Shown here: positions 1 to 9,928 of the stretch, one piece after another
How the letters are laid out: every line of letters begins with the position of its first letter
Position numbering within the stretch: position 1 is the stretch's first letter
NCBI GenBank assembly: GCA_015065615.1
Contig: SVPY01000029.1
Location: forward strand, 1 to 32,000
Source of the DNA: Oscillospiraceae bacterium
Lineage (GTDB): Bacteria > Bacillota > Clostridia > Oscillospirales > Acutalibacteraceae
Direction: 5' to 3'
DNA: 32,000 bases
Made by a program: the position numbers and the translations under genes
The notes under the pieces: model-generated
Databases searched by the model: none
What the model was told of the DNA's origin: nothing
Seen by the model: the letters and a program-made list of their open reading frames with translations, nothing else

Positions 1-2641
1 ATGCGCCGTAGCACTTCTTACATACACCGTGCTTAGCGCGGCAGGTAAGAATGGAGCGGATCTTAATTCTCTCAACGCCTGCAGCGATAATTGCCTTAGC
101 GTCCTTTTCATCCATGAGCTTATCGCAGGAAACGATAACGTTGCCGTTTTCGTCCTTGAAGTCTTCAAGGAGATATCTGCCGATAAGACGCTCGCTCATA
201 GGCTCGATGGATTCGTGACCGGAACGGATATCAAATACCTCGAAGCCTTCCTTAGTACCGCAGTCATCCTCACGGATGATAACTTCCTGAGAAACGTCAA
301 CAAGTCTTCTTGTTAAGTAACCGGAGTCGGCTGTACGAAGAGCTGTATCGGCAAGACCTTTACGTGCACCACGGGAAGAAATAAAGTATTCGATGATATT
401 TAAGCCTTCACGGTAGTTAGCACGGATAGGAATTTCAATTGTTTTACCGGATGTATTGGCAATAAGACCGCGCATACCGGCGAGCTGACGGATCTGGCTC
501 ATACTACCACGGGCACCGGAGTCAGCCATCATGAATATGGGGTTATATTTATCGAGGCCGTTCTTAAGGGCGTCTGTAACGTCATTTGTAGCTTTCTCCC
601 ATGTTTTAACAACTGCGCCGTAACGCTCGCTGTCGGAGAGAAGACCGAACTGGAAGTCCTCTGTAATTGCAGAGATATCATCCTCAGCCTTAGCGATAAT
701 TTCTTTCTTAGCGGCAGGAATAGTAGCATCGCAAACAGCAACTGTGATAGCGCCGATTGTGGAGTACTTGTAGCCCTGAGCCTTTACGTTATCGAGAACT
801 TCACTTGTTCTTTCTGTACCGTGAACGCGGATACATTTTTCGATAATCTGACCCAGCTGCTTCTTGCCAACCAGGAAGTTAACCTCGTACTTTAAAAGGT
901 TTTCGGGCTTAGTTCTGTCTACGTAGCCTAAGTCCTGGGGAATGGGACGGTTGAAGATCATACGGCCCATTGTTGTATCTACAAGGCCTTCGTAAGTCTT
1001 ACCGTCTATTGTAAGACTTCTTCTGACCTTGATTTTGGAGTGAAGTGTAATAGCCTTTGCATCGTAAGCCATTAAAGCCTCGTCCATATCGCGGAATACC
1101 TTGCCTTCGCCGGGTTCACCGTCCTTATCAAGTGTTAAGTAGTAAGAACCGAGAACCATGTCCTGTGAAGGAACAGCAACAGGGCGGCCGTCGGAGGGCT
1201 TTAAGAGGTTATTGGCGGCAAGCATTAAGAATCTTGCTTCTGCCTGTGCTTCAGCTGAAAGGGGAACGTGGATAGCCATCTGGTCGCCGTCGAAGTCGGC
1301 GTTGTAAGCTGTACATACAAGGGGATGAAGCTTAAGTGCACGGCCCTCAACCAAAACGGGTTCGAACGCCTGGATACCGAGGCGGTGAAGTGTAGGAGCA
1401 CGGTTAAGAAGAACGGGATGGTCCTTGATAACGATTTCCAGTGCATCCCAAACCTCGGGCTTAGCTCTTTCAACAGCTTTTCTTGCAGCCTTGATATTGC
1501 CTGCAGCGCCTGTTTCAACAAGTCTCTTCATTACGAAGGGCTTAAACAGCTCAAGTGCCATCTCCTTGGGAACACCGCACTGGTACATTTTAAGTTCGGG
1601 ACCAACAACGATAACGGAACGGCCGGAATAGTCAACACGCTTACCAAGAAGGTTCTGACGGAAACGGCCCTGCTTACCTTTAAGCATATCGGAAAGAGAT
1701 TTTAAAGGTCTGTTGTTGGGACCTGTTACGGGTCTGCCGCGGCGGCCGTTATCGATAAGGGCGTCCACAGCTTCCTGAAGCATTCTCTTTTCGTTTCTTA
1801 CGATAATATCGGGAGCGCCAAGCTCTAAAAGACGGGCAAGGCGGTTATTGCGGTTGATAACTCTTCTGTATAGGTCGTTAAGGTCACTTGTAGCGAATCT
1901 GCCGCCGTCGAGCTGAACCATGGGGCGGATATCCGGAGGAATAACGGGAACTACGTCGAGAATCATCCACTCAGGCTTGTTGCCGGAAATTCTGAAAGCC
2001 TCAAGAACTTCAAGACGCTTAAGAATTCTTACCTTCTTCTGGCCTGATGCATTTACGAGCTCTTCCTTAAGCTCAGCAGCTGTAGCTTCAACGTCTACCT
2101 TCTGTAAAAGTACCTTGATAGCTTCAGCGCCCATACCTGCCTCAAACTCGTTGCCGTACTTCTCACGCATATCTCTGTACTCTTTTTCGGTAAGAGTCTG
2201 CATTAAAGAAAGTTCGCGAACTGAGCCGGGATCGGTAACTATATAAAGTGCAAAGTAAAGAACCTTTTCAAGTGTTCTGGGAGAAAGGTCAAGGATAAGA
2301 CCCATTCTGGAGGGAATACCCTTGAAGTACCAGATATGGGAAACGGGAGCGGCAAGCTCGATGTGACCCATTCTCTCGCGGCGAACCTTACTTCTTGTAA
2401 CTTCAACGCCGCATCTCTCACAAACCTTACCTTTAAAGCGGAAACGCTTGTACTTACCGCAGTGACATTCCCAGTCCTTTGTAGGTCCGAAAATTCTTTC
2501 GCAGAAAAGGCCGTCTCTCTCGGGCTTTAAGGTACGGTAGTTTATGGTTTCGGGCTTCTTAACCTCACCGTAGGACCATTCTCTGACCTGATCGGGAGAA
2601 GCAAGACCGATTTTTATAGATTCAAATACATTAAATTCCAT
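1..2641 (-). CDS. rpoC: DNA-directed RNA polymerase subunit beta-prime (first ~880 codons; 3' end lies beyond the window start)
   Basis: My translation of the minus strand from the ATG at 2639-2641 gives [37 protein letters not shown]. It includes the Zn-finger [23 protein letters not shown] and the catalytic motif [15 protein letters not shown] (around 1270-1320). The frame stays open to position 1, ending ...[24 protein letters not shown] Shine-Dalgarno lies about 11 nt upstream, and the gene sits 19 nt downstream of the rpoB stop. It is absent from the ORF track only because there is no in-window stop. Confidence 0.95.
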   Translation of the reverse strand, partial: MEFNVFESIKIGLASPDQVREWSYGEVKKPETINYRTLKPERDGLFCERIFGPTKDWECHCGKYKRFRFKGKVCERCGVEVTRSKVRRERMGHIELAAPVSHIWYFKGIPSRMGLILDLSPRTLEKVLYFALYIVTDPGSVRELSLMQTLTEKEYRDMREKYGNEFEAGMGAEAIKVLLQKVDVEATAAELKEELVNASGQKKVRILKRLEVLEAFRISGNKPEWMILDVVPVIPPDIRPMVQLDGGRFATSDLNDLYRRVINRNNRLARLLELGAPDIIVRNEKRMLQEAVDALIDNGRRGRPVTGPNNRPLKSLSDMLKGKQGRFRQNLLGKRVDYSGRSVIVVGPELKMYQCGVPKEMALELFKPFVMKRLVETGAAGNIKAARKAVERAKPEVWDALEIVIKDHPVLLNRAPTLHRLGIQAFEPVLVEGRALKLHPLVCTAYNADFDGDQMAIHVPLSAEAQAEARFLMLAANNLLKPSDGRPVAVPSQDMVLGSYYLTLDKDGEPGEGKVFRDMDEALMAYDAKAITLHSKIKVRRSLTIDGKTYEGLVDTTMGRMIFNRPIPQDLGYVDRTKPENLLKYEVNFLVGKKQLGQIIEKCIRVHGTERTSEVLDNVKAQGYKYSTIGAITVAVCDATIPAAKKEIIAKAEDDISAITEDFQFGLLSDSERYGAVVKTWEKATNDVTDALKNGLDKYNPIFMMADSGARGSMSQIRQLAGMRGLIANTSGKTIEIPIRANYREGLNIIEYFISSRGARKGLADTALRTADSGYLTRRLVDVSQEVIIREDDCGTKEGFEVFDIRSGHESIEPMSERLIGRYLLEDFKDENGNVIVSCDKLMDEKDAKAIIAAGVERIKIRSILTCRAKHGVCKKCYGA

Positions 2642-2660
2642 TTATAAATTTTCCTCCCAA

Positions 2661-5600
2661 TTAAAACAGATCGTCGTCATCATCTTCAACGCCCATTTCT
2701 CTGTAGAAAGCGGAATCGTCGTCATCATCCAAATCGGAAGCGAAAAGATCGTCTTCGTCATCGGGATTTTCAATGGAGTAACCGGAAAGGTCGTCAGCAA
2801 CGTTTTCCTCATCCATGAGGCTTGTTGCAGGTGCAAACTCGAGGTCGTCGTCCTCGTCAAAGTTCTGGCGGAGGTCAATTTCCTCACTGTTCTTATCAAG
2901 AACCTTAACGTCAAGACCGAGAGCCTGAAGTTCCTTAATGAGAACCTTGAAGGACTCGGGAATACCGGACTTGGGAATGTTCTGACCCTTAACGATGGAT
3001 TCGTAGGTCTTAACACGGCCAACAACGTCGTCGGACTTAACTGTAAGGATTTCCTGAAGTGTATAAGCTGCGCCGTAAGCTTCAAGTGCCCAAACTTCCA
3101 TCTCACCGAAACGCTGGCCGCCAAACTGAGCTTTACCGCCGAGGGGCTGCTGAGTAACCAGAGAGTAAGGACCTGTGGAACGTGCGTGGATCTTATCGTC
3201 AACAAGGTGATGGAGCTTGAGGTAATACATATAACCTACTGTTACGGGGTTATCGAAGTATTCACCTGTTCTGCCGTCACGAAGGCGGAACTTACCGTCC
3301 TCTGTCATGGGAACACCCTTGAAGTGCTCACGTGTATAACGCATTTCGTCTGCCATCTTGAAGCACTCACGGATATCTTCTTCGTGTGCGCCGTCAAATA
3401 CGGGAGTCATAATCTTCCAGCCAAGAGCCTTGGAAGCCATACCTAAGTGAACTTCAAGAACCTGACCGATGTTCATACGTGAAGGAACGCCCAGGGGGTT
3501 AAGAACGATATCAAGGGGAGTACCGTCCTCGAGGAAGGGCATTTCTTCAACGGGAAGAATTCTGGAAACAACACCCTTATTACCGTGGCGGCCGGCCATC
3601 TTGTCGCCTACGCTTATCTTTCTCTTCTGAGCGATATAGCATCTTACAACCTTATTTACGCCGGGGCTGAGTTCATCGCTGCTGTTTTCTCTTGTAAATA
3701 CCTTTACGTCAACAACAACGCCGTACTCACCGTGGGGTACTCTGAGGGATGTATCACGAACTTCTCTTGCCTTTTCACCGAAGATAGCGCGGAGGAGTCT
3801 TTCTTCAGCTGTAAGCTCTGTTTCACCCTTAGGTGTAACCTTACCTACGAGGATATCTCCGGCGCGAACTTCAGCACCGATTCTGATAATACCTCTTTCG
3901 TCAAGGTCAGCAAGTAAATCTTCGTTTACGTTGGGAATATCTCTTGTAATCTCTTCGGGTCCGAGCTTAGTATCTCTTGCTTCCATCTCGTATTCTTCAA
4001 TATGGATAGAAGTGTAAACGTCGTCACGAACCATTTTCTCGTTAAGGAGAACGGCGTCCTCGTAGTTGTAGCCTTCCCATGTCATAAAGCCGATGAGGGC
4101 ATTCTTACCGAGGGAGATTTCACCGTTTTTAATAGCAGGACCGTCAGCGATAACGTCGCCCTTTTCAACTCTTTCACCGGTTGAAACAACGGGAACCTGA
4201 TTGAAACAAGTGCTCTGGTTGGAGCGGATAAACTTAATAATATCGTACTCGTCAATTTCGCCGTTATCAGCTGTAATTCTTATTTTATCAGCAGAAACGT
4301 ACTTTACAACGCCGCCGCGCTTAGCAAGTACGCAAACACCGGAGTCAACACCGGCTTTGAATTCCATACCTGTACCAACGATGGGAGACTCGGTTCTAAG
4401 AAGCGGAACAGCCTGCTTCTGCATGTTGGAGCCCATGAGCGCACGGTTGGCGTCATCGTTCTCGAGGAAGGGGATCATAGCTGTAGCTACGGAAACAACC
4501 ATTCTGGGGGAGATATCCATATAGTCAACCTTAGAGGGGGCAACTTCAACGAATTCGTCTCTGTAGCGGCCAACAACACGGTTGTTTACGAATCTGCCGT
4601 TTTCATCGAGGGGTTCGTTAGCCTGAGCTACTACGAACTCGTCTTCCATATCGGCTGTCATATAAACAACTTCGTCTGTTACGATACCTGTCTCCTTGTC
4701 CATCTTACGGAAGGGAGTTTCGATAAAGCCGTAACGGTTGATTTTAGCAAATGTAGCAAGGTAAGAGATAAGACCGATGTTGGGACCTTCGGGAGTCTCG
4801 ATGGGGCACATTCTGCCGTAGTGAGTATAGTGAACGTCACGAACTTCGAAAGATGCTCTGTCTCGGGAAAGACCGCCGGGACCTAAAGCGGAAAGTCTTC
4901 TCTTATGTGTAAGTTCTGAGAGGGGGTTTGTCTGATCCATAAACTGAGAAAGAGGGGATGAACCGAAGAACTCCTTGATTGCTGCAGTTACGGGTCTGAT
5001 ATTGATAAGAGAATGGGGAGAAAGAGCCTCGCTGTCCTGAGCCTGAAGTGTCATTCTCTCGCGGATAACTCTTTCAAGTCTAGAAAAACCAATTCTGAAC
5101 TGGTTCTGTAAAAGCTCGCCTACAGAGCGGATACGGCGGTTGCCTAAGTGGTCGATATCGTCGGTAGTACCAAGTCCCTGTGCCAAGCAGTTCATGTAGT
5201 TGATACTTGCTATAATATCCTTAAGTGTGATGTGGTTGGGAATAAGCGCAGCTTTGTTGAGCTTAAGAGCAAGCTTTAACTGCTCCTCGTCCTCGCAGGA
5301 ATCAAGAAGAGCCATTAATGCTTCGCAGTCAACTCTCTCGTTGATGTCGGAAGATTTTTCAGCATCGAAGGAAACGTACTTGTTGATATCAACAGTACCG
5401 TTGGAAATAATCTTTACTTCCTTTTCGTTTACTGTTACGAATGCCTCCATAACGCCTGCATCGTCCATCTCTTCAGCAAGAGCGCGGGAAACCATAACGC
5501 CTGCTTCAGCCATCATCTCGCCTGTGTAGGGGTTAACTACGGGGCGGGAAAGAACCTGACCTGCAAGACGGCCGCTTAAATTAAGCTTCTTATTATATTT

Positions 5601-6434
5601 ATAACGGCCAACTCTTGATAAGTCGTACTTCTTAGCATCAAAGAAGAAGTTGTGAATTAAGCTCTTCGCACTTTCAATTGTGGGGGGTTCACTGGGACGA
5701 AGCTTTCTGTAAACTTCAAAAAGTGCGTCGTCAGTATTTTTACAGGTATCCTTCTCGATTGTAGCGAGAATTCTCTCGTCCTCACCGAAAAGGTTGATAA
5801 TCTCTGTATCTGTACCGATACCTAAAGCACGGATAAATACAGTGATCGGGATCTTTCTGTTCTTATCGATACGAACATAGAACACGTCGTTAACGTCATT
5901 CTCATACTCTAGCCAAGCACCGCGGTTGGGGATGACTGTGGATGAGAAGAGCTCCTTACCTGTCTTGTCGTAATCCATCTTGAAATAAACACCGGGAGAA
6001 CGAACGAGCTGTGAAACGATAACACGCTCAGCACCGTTGATAACAAAGGTACCGCTGTCTGTCATAAGGGGGAATTCACCCATATAAACTTCGTTATCCT
6101 GAATTTCGCCTGTTACCTTGTTTTCAAGTCTTGCCGTTACTCTTAAAGCAGCAGAGTATGTTGCGTCACGCTCTTTACATTCAGTAACGCTGTAGTTTGG
6201 GGTTTCGTCTAACTTGTAGTCGATAAAATCGAGAACAAGGTTGCCGTTGAAATCGGTAATACCGGAAACATCCTCAAATACCTCTTTCAAACCATCGTGA
6301 AGGAACCATTCATAAGAATTCTTCTGTACCTCAATGAGGTTGGGCATATCAAGAACCTCATTGATCTTGGAGAAACTCATTCTGGTATTTTTACCCATCT
6401 TAACCGGTTTAACATTTACCATTGCAGCTATCAC
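2661..6434 (-). CDS. rpoB: DNA-directed RNA polymerase subunit beta, with a long acidic C-terminal extension
   Basis: The 1257-aa ORF is conserved along its length (e.g. ...[31 protein letters not shown]..., ...[20 protein letters not shown]..., ...[56 protein letters not shown]...). The track start at 6434 is a GTG. The ATG at 6422 ([17 protein letters not shown]) has a GGAG about 11 nt upstream and is the more likely start. Confidence 0.97.
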   Translation of the reverse strand: MIAAMVNVKPVKMGKNTRMSFSKINEVLDMPNLIEVQKNSYEWFLHDGLKEVFEDVSGITDFNGNLVLDFIDYKLDETPNYSVTECKERDATYSAALRVTARLENKVTGEIQDNEVYMGEFPLMTDSGTFVINGAERVIVSQLVRSPGVYFKMDYDKTGKELFSSTVIPNRGAWLEYENDVNDVFYVRIDKNRKIPITVFIRALGIGTDTEIINLFGEDERILATIEKDTCKNTDDALFEVYRKLRPSEPPTIESAKSLIHNFFFDAKKYDLSRVGRYKYNKKLNLSGRLAGQVLSRPVVNPYTGEMMAEAGVMVSRALAEEMDDAGVMEAFVTVNEKEVKIISNGTVDINKYVSFDAEKSSDINERVDCEALMALLDSCEDEEQLKLALKLNKAALIPNHITLKDIIASINYMNCLAQGLGTTDDIDHLGNRRIRSVGELLQNQFRIGFSRLERVIRERMTLQAQDSEALSPHSLINIRPVTAAIKEFFGSSPLSQFMDQTNPLSELTHKRRLSALGPGGLSRDRASFEVRDVHYTHYGRMCPIETPEGPNIGLISYLATFAKINRYGFIETPFRKMDKETGIVTDEVVYMTADMEDEFVVAQANEPLDENGRFVNNRVVGRYRDEFVEVAPSKVDYMDISPRMVVSVATAMIPFLENDDANRALMGSNMQKQAVPLLRTESPIVGTGMEFKAGVDSGVCVLAKRGGVVKYVSADKIRITADNGEIDEYDIIKFIRSNQSTCFNQVPVVSTGERVEKGDVIADGPAIKNGEISLGKNALIGFMTWEGYNYEDAVLLNEKMVRDDVYTSIHIEEYEMEARDTKLGPEEITRDIPNVNEDLLADLDERGIIRIGAEVRAGDILVGKVTPKGETELTAEERLLRAIFGEKAREVRDTSLRVPHGEYGVVVDVKVFTRENSSDELSPGVNKVVRCYIAQKRKISVGDKMAGRHGNKGVVSRILPVEEMPFLEDGTPLDIVLNPLGVPSRMNIGQVLEVHLGMASKALGWKIMTPVFDGAHEEDIRECFKMADEMRYTREHFKGVPMTEDGKFRLRDGRTGEYFDNPVTVGYMYYLKLHHLVDDKIHARSTGPYSLVTQQPLGGKAQFGGQRFGEMEVWALEAYGAAYTLQEILTVKSDDVVGRVKTYESIVKGQNIPKSGIPESFKVLIKELQALGLDVKVLDKNSEEIDLRQNFDEDDDLEFAPATSLMDEENVADDLSGYSIENPDDEDDLFASDLDDDDDSAFYREMGVEDDDDDLF

Positions 6435-6566
6435 TCCATTATAAATTTTTTTGGAATAAGTTTATATTGCACGCGAAACTTAATATTCAAAATAACCATA
6501 ATATAAAGTCCGCAATTGGTCACAAAGTGAAAGAAAAAGTAAATTTAAAGTAAAAATAAATTTATC

Positions 6567-6595
6567 TTGCAATCTCTTTTGATTTGTGGTATCAT
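6567..6595 (+). promoter_or_regulatory. Candidate plus-strand promoter facing the rpoB promoter
   Basis: The plus strand reads TTGCAA (6567-6572), a 17-nt spacer, then TGgTATCAT (-10 at 6590-6595). No plus-strand gene follows before three terminator-like hairpins. Confidence 0.3.
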
Positions 6596-6644
6596 ACCTT
6601 TAAGGCTATAAGGCGCATATGCACCCATAATGATACAGTATAGT

Positions 6645-6673
6645 ATTGTATCACCTTTTTTCTCGTTTGTCAA
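6645..6673 (-). promoter_or_regulatory. Sigma-A-type promoter, candidate rpoBC promoter
   Basis: The minus strand reads TTGACA (6673-6668), a 17-nt spacer, then TGaTACAAT (-10 at 6650-6645, extended TG). This predicts a TSS near 6638 and an rpoB leader of about 200 nt. Confidence 0.5.
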
Positions 6674-6682
6674 CGGGTTTTT

Positions 6683-6715
6683 GGGCGAAATGTGCAAATT
6701 TCGGCCTATTTTTTT
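6683..6715 (+). terminator. Intrinsic-terminator-like hairpin, plus orientation
   Basis: GGGCGAAAT (6683-6691) pairs with ATTTCGGCC (6698-6706) with one mismatch and a 6-nt loop. The hairpin is followed by TATTTTTTT. Confidence 0.35.
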
Positions 6716-6796
6716 ATGCAAAATGCCAATTGACAAATTATTAAGTGTGTGATAGTCGCTCACGAATTGATTTTTACAATATTTTCAATAATTTAC

Positions 6797-6827
6797 AAAA
6801 GAAGGTGGAAATCCGCCTTCTTTTTTG
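6797..6827. terminator. Hairpin with flanking A-run and T-run (bidirectional terminator-like)
   Basis: The sequence is AAAA-GAAGGTGG-aaat-CCGCCTTC-TTTTTT. The stem is 8 bp with one G-U pair. A T6 run follows on the plus strand and a T4 run on the minus strand. Confidence 0.45.
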
Positions 6828-6834
6828 TTATAAT
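6806..6834 (+). promoter_or_regulatory. Candidate promoter for the GH28-like gene
   Basis: TGGAAA (6806-6811), a 17-nt spacer, then TGtTATAAT (-10 at 6829-6834). It is embedded in the preceding hairpin and lies about 85 nt upstream of the ATG at 6917. Confidence 0.3.
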
Positions 6835-6916
6835 GGTAATAAGATAAATTCGGTCAATTTAAATTTATTAATCAAATCTGCTATACTATTATAATATAAG
6901 AAAGTGAGAGAAGATA

Positions 6917-9796
6917 ATGGCTAAAAAATTCCAAAGAAGCCCTGCTTCCAAAATTCCCCCGGTGCCTATGACTAGCCGCTTCGTAGCCCCCTGGGATACG
7001 GCAGGCTGGTACTATATGCTCCCCGAGCTCTATATAGGCTGCGATATGTACTCAAACTGTGACGATAAACTTTTGGAAATTGACGAAAAATATTTAGGCG
7101 CCGACTACGTTGTGTCCTTTAACTCAATTGCCGACGGCTTCGACGATAAAGAGGAGCTTGAATTCTTTGCAGAGCGCGACGTAACCGTTTACGCCGCTCT
7201 TGATAAGAAGGCTATCCCCGAATTTGTAAAGGATTGGGCAGACACGGGCGATACTTTAAAATCCGATAAGGGCGCTGAGTACGAAATTTTCAGCAAGGAT
7301 TATAAGAAAACAGAGCACGTTAAAGTGCCCGGCTTCAAGGGTGACTGCAACCACTTCTTCGTGTTCGTTCTCCCCAAGGATGATGAATATATTGAAAGAG
7401 ATTTCCCCGTTTCGGTTATAAGTGATAAACTCCCCGAGGCTTACAAAAAAAGAACTTACAAAAACTATATTACTGACGTATTTAACGGCGAATCCTTATG
7501 CTCCTGCTATGAAACAGAGGGCGAAGTTAAGCTCGTTGCCCGTGAGGAAGAAGCAAGGGATAAGTACCTTTCTTTAAATAACGCATCCGTTAAAAGAAGT
7601 TTCGAGGGCACAGACAGAATCGTGGCTACCGCCAAAATAAACGTAGCCGAGGGCGGCAAAGCTATTTTCACTCTCGAAAACGAGGCAAAGCTTATTGACG
7701 TTACTTTCAAAGGCGGCAAAATCACCGCTTCAGGGGAAGACGTAATCGACTATAAAGAAAACACGGACGTCGCTTTAAGATTAGTATATAACGGCGAAAA
7801 AGGCTCAGCAGATATTTTCGTTAACTGCCGCAAAGCAAAAACCGTTAAGGCAGAAAAGGGCGAAGTTAAATCCTTTAAATTTGTTTCTATAGAAAAAGAA
7901 GCTCAGCTTGATAACCTCACTATTACCGACGATACAGAAATTTTCGTAGTTAACGATAATTTTGAAAGCGAAGCTTCCCGCTATTTAGCTTACACCGAAA
8001 ACGCTTTGGTAGAGACAACAGCCTACCCCTTCAAGGATAGCGTTGCTTACAAATTGACTTCCAAGGATGAAAAACCCGCGTCCTTCGCCTATGCTTTCCC
8101 CAGCGTTGAAGGTTTAGTCAGCGTTGAATCCCTCCTTATTACAGATTCCGAGGAATTCTCCTTAGCTCCCATGCTCACCGATAAAAACGGTACTCCCGCT
8201 ATGAGAATTGCCCTCTACCAGAATAACCTCTATGCAACCGACGGCGACGAATTCGTAAGAATTTACGGCGGCACCACAAACTTCCAGTATTATCCCTGCA
8301 AAAACGTTATCAACATCAAGGTAACTGTTGATACAAATAAGGGTACCTACGATTTAATGGTGGACGGTTCCTACCGCGCTAAGGGCTATAAGCTTTTAAA
8401 TCCCGTCAGCGAAATCTGCAACGCAGTTTACACGGCAAATAAAGAAGCTCTCACTTTAATGCGCGTAAGAGTTTACGACGATGCCGACTTAGCAAGAGAC
8501 GTTATCCCCAACGCCCCCGTCTTCGACGTTACAAAAGAACCCTATAACGCAGTAGCCGACGGCGTTACTTTCGTAAGAAAGAACATTCAGAAAGCAATTG
8601 ACGATGCAGCCTTCACAGGCGGTACGGTTTACCTCCCCGAAGGCGTTTACTACACAGGCGAACTTATCCTCCGAAACGACATGACCCTCTGGGTAAGCAA
8701 AAACGCAAAGGTATTCGGCACTCACGATCACAGCGAATACACCCTCCGTTCCCCCGGCGACAGCCGATGCGGCTACTTCTCCTTGGGCAGAGGCTTCATT
8801 TACGGCGAAAACGTAAGTAACGTACGAGTAACAGGCGGCGGTGTAATTGACGGCAACGGCAAATACCGCTTTAAGATGAACGACCCCCACCCCGACAGAA
8901 GACTCGAAGAAGCCCGTCCTGACATATTCCTTATCGAATATTCAAAGGACGTTACTTTGGAACACATCAACTTAAAGAGCCCCGGCTTCTGGACAGTTGT
9001 TCCCCTTGGCTGCGACCACGTATTTATCCGCTATCTTAACCTTGATTCCCTCAACACACCTAACCGCGACGGCATCAACCCCGTTGACTGCTCCGACTTA
9101 ACCATTTATTCCTGCAACATCATAGCAGGTGACGACGGTATCACCTTCAAAAGTAGTGAGCCTCACGGCTGTGAAAACATTGACGTTCACGATATAGTTA
9201 TCCAGAGCCTTGCTTCCGGTATTAAATTCGGTACCGATACTTACTGGAGCTTCAAAAACGCTCACATCAAGGAGCTTTACATCAAGAACGTTAACCGCTG
9301 CGGTATCTCCCTTGAAAGCGTTGACGGCGCAGAGGTTGAAAACATCGTCTTCGAAAAGATAAATATGACGGACGTAGGCGCCCCTGCTTACATCTGTGTA
9401 GGCGACAGAAAGCGTCTTCCCAGAAACGGTCATCCTCCCCGCCTTGGTTACATCAAGGGCGTCACCTTCGATAGCCTCCGTTTCGAGCGCCCCTACCCCT
9501 TCAGCTTTACTAAAGATATAAGAGAGGTACTTGTAATCGGTCAGTACGACCACGCAAGAGTTGAGGACGTAACCTTCAAAAATTGCTACTTTGCTCTTCC
9601 CGGCGGCTTCAACGTAATCCCTCCCGAGCCCCGTCGCCTTGACGACGGTTACCCCGAGTACGATAAGCACGGTCTCAGCGCAGGCAGCGTGTTTACGGTT
9701 AAATGGGCAAAGAACTTTAAGATTGAAAACTGTGAATTTACGTTAGAAAAGAAGGACTACCGCCCCAAGATCGCATACTTTGAATATAAAAAATAA
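6917..9796 (+). CDS. Multidomain glycoside hydrolase family 28-like (right-handed beta-helix) protein with a ~530-aa non-catalytic N-terminal region
   Basis: The C-terminal ~420 aa begin with the typical GH28/pectate-lyase-3 entry FDVTKEPYNAVADGVTFVRKNIQKAIDDAAFTGGTVYLPEGVYYTGELIL. They contain NRDGINP and AGDDGITFKS, which match the GH28 NTD and GDD catalytic motifs. The middle regions resemble two ConA/LamG-like beta-sandwiches (e.g. ...IKVTVDTNKGTYDLMVDGSYRAKGY...). No N-terminal signal peptide is evident. Confidence 0.8.
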   Translation: MAKKFQRSPASKIPPVPMTSRFVAPWDTAGWYYMLPELYIGCDMYSNCDDKLLEIDEKYLGADYVVSFNSIADGFDDKEELEFFAERDVTVYAALDKKAIPEFVKDWADTGDTLKSDKGAEYEIFSKDYKKTEHVKVPGFKGDCNHFFVFVLPKDDEYIERDFPVSVISDKLPEAYKKRTYKNYITDVFNGESLCSCYETEGEVKLVAREEEARDKYLSLNNASVKRSFEGTDRIVATAKINVAEGGKAIFTLENEAKLIDVTFKGGKITASGEDVIDYKENTDVALRLVYNGEKGSADIFVNCRKAKTVKAEKGEVKSFKFVSIEKEAQLDNLTITDDTEIFVVNDNFESEASRYLAYTENALVETTAYPFKDSVAYKLTSKDEKPASFAYAFPSVEGLVSVESLLITDSEEFSLAPMLTDKNGTPAMRIALYQNNLYATDGDEFVRIYGGTTNFQYYPCKNVINIKVTVDTNKGTYDLMVDGSYRAKGYKLLNPVSEICNAVYTANKEALTLMRVRVYDDADLARDVIPNAPVFDVTKEPYNAVADGVTFVRKNIQKAIDDAAFTGGTVYLPEGVYYTGELILRNDMTLWVSKNAKVFGTHDHSEYTLRSPGDSRCGYFSLGRGFIYGENVSNVRVTGGGVIDGNGKYRFKMNDPHPDRRLEEARPDIFLIEYSKDVTLEHINLKSPGFWTVVPLGCDHVFIRYLNLDSLNTPNRDGINPVDCSDLTIYSCNIIAGDDGITFKSSEPHGCENIDVHDIVIQSLASGIKFGTDTYWSFKNAHIKELYIKNVNRCGISLESVDGAEVENIVFEKINMTDVGAPAYICVGDRKRLPRNGHPPRLGYIKGVTFDSLRFERPYPFSFTKDIREVLVIGQYDHARVEDVTFKNCYFALPGGFNVIPPEPRRLDDGYPEYDKHGLSAGSVFTVKWAKNFKIENCEFTLEKKDYRPKIAYFEYKK

Positions 9797-9810
9797 TAAA
9801 TAAAAACAAA

Positions 9811-9853
9811 AGCCGAAGGTAAGTTTTAAAATTCTTACCTTCGGCTTTTCTTA
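9811..9853 (+). terminator. Rho-independent terminator of the GH28-like gene
   Basis: AGCCGAAGGTAAG (9811-9823) pairs perfectly with CTTACCTTCGGCT (9834-9846) across a 10-nt loop, followed by TTTCTT. Confidence 0.7.
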
Positions 9854-9894
9854 TGTTATGTTTTTATGTTTAAGGTAGCACATACTTTTTTCAT

Positions 9895-9922
9895 TTAAAA
9901 AAGGTGGGATTTTACTCCCACC
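9895..9922 (-). terminator. Rho-independent terminator of the mscS-DUF554 operon
   Basis: The minus strand reads GGTGGGA-gtaaaa-TCCCACC-TTTTTT immediately after the stop of the 9929-10621 gene. Confidence 0.7.
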
Positions 9923-9928
9923 CTGAAA

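Noticed and set aside
29-6506. Numerous 60-190 aa ORFs in the track overlapping rpoC/rpoB (e.g. 1268-1705 +, 1920-2246 +, 2642-3205 -, 3585-3917 +, 4201-4524 +, 5200-5529 +)
   Set aside because: All lie antisense to or out of frame with the strongly conserved rpoC/rpoB reading frames. Their translations are low-complexity or Ser/Leu/Thr-rich and lack an RBS, so they are shadow ORFs.
6630-6761. 43-codon plus-strand ORF (MIQYSIVSPFFSFVNGFLGEMCKF...) within the candidate antisense RNA
   Set aside because: There is no RBS upstream of the ATG, and it runs through two terminator-like hairpins, so I treat it as non-coding.
6545-6763. 72-aa minus-strand ORF in the rpoB upstream region
   Set aside because: It spans the predicted rpoB promoter and TSS, has no Shine-Dalgarno, and has an implausible composition. 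It is more likely non-coding leader or promoter DNA.
7507-9670. Antisense ORFs inside the GH28-like gene (7507-7725, 8489-8890, 9098-9670, all minus strand)
   Set aside because: They sit opposite a long ORF with clear family motifs. Their Val/Ala/Gly-rich translations are typical of antisense frames.
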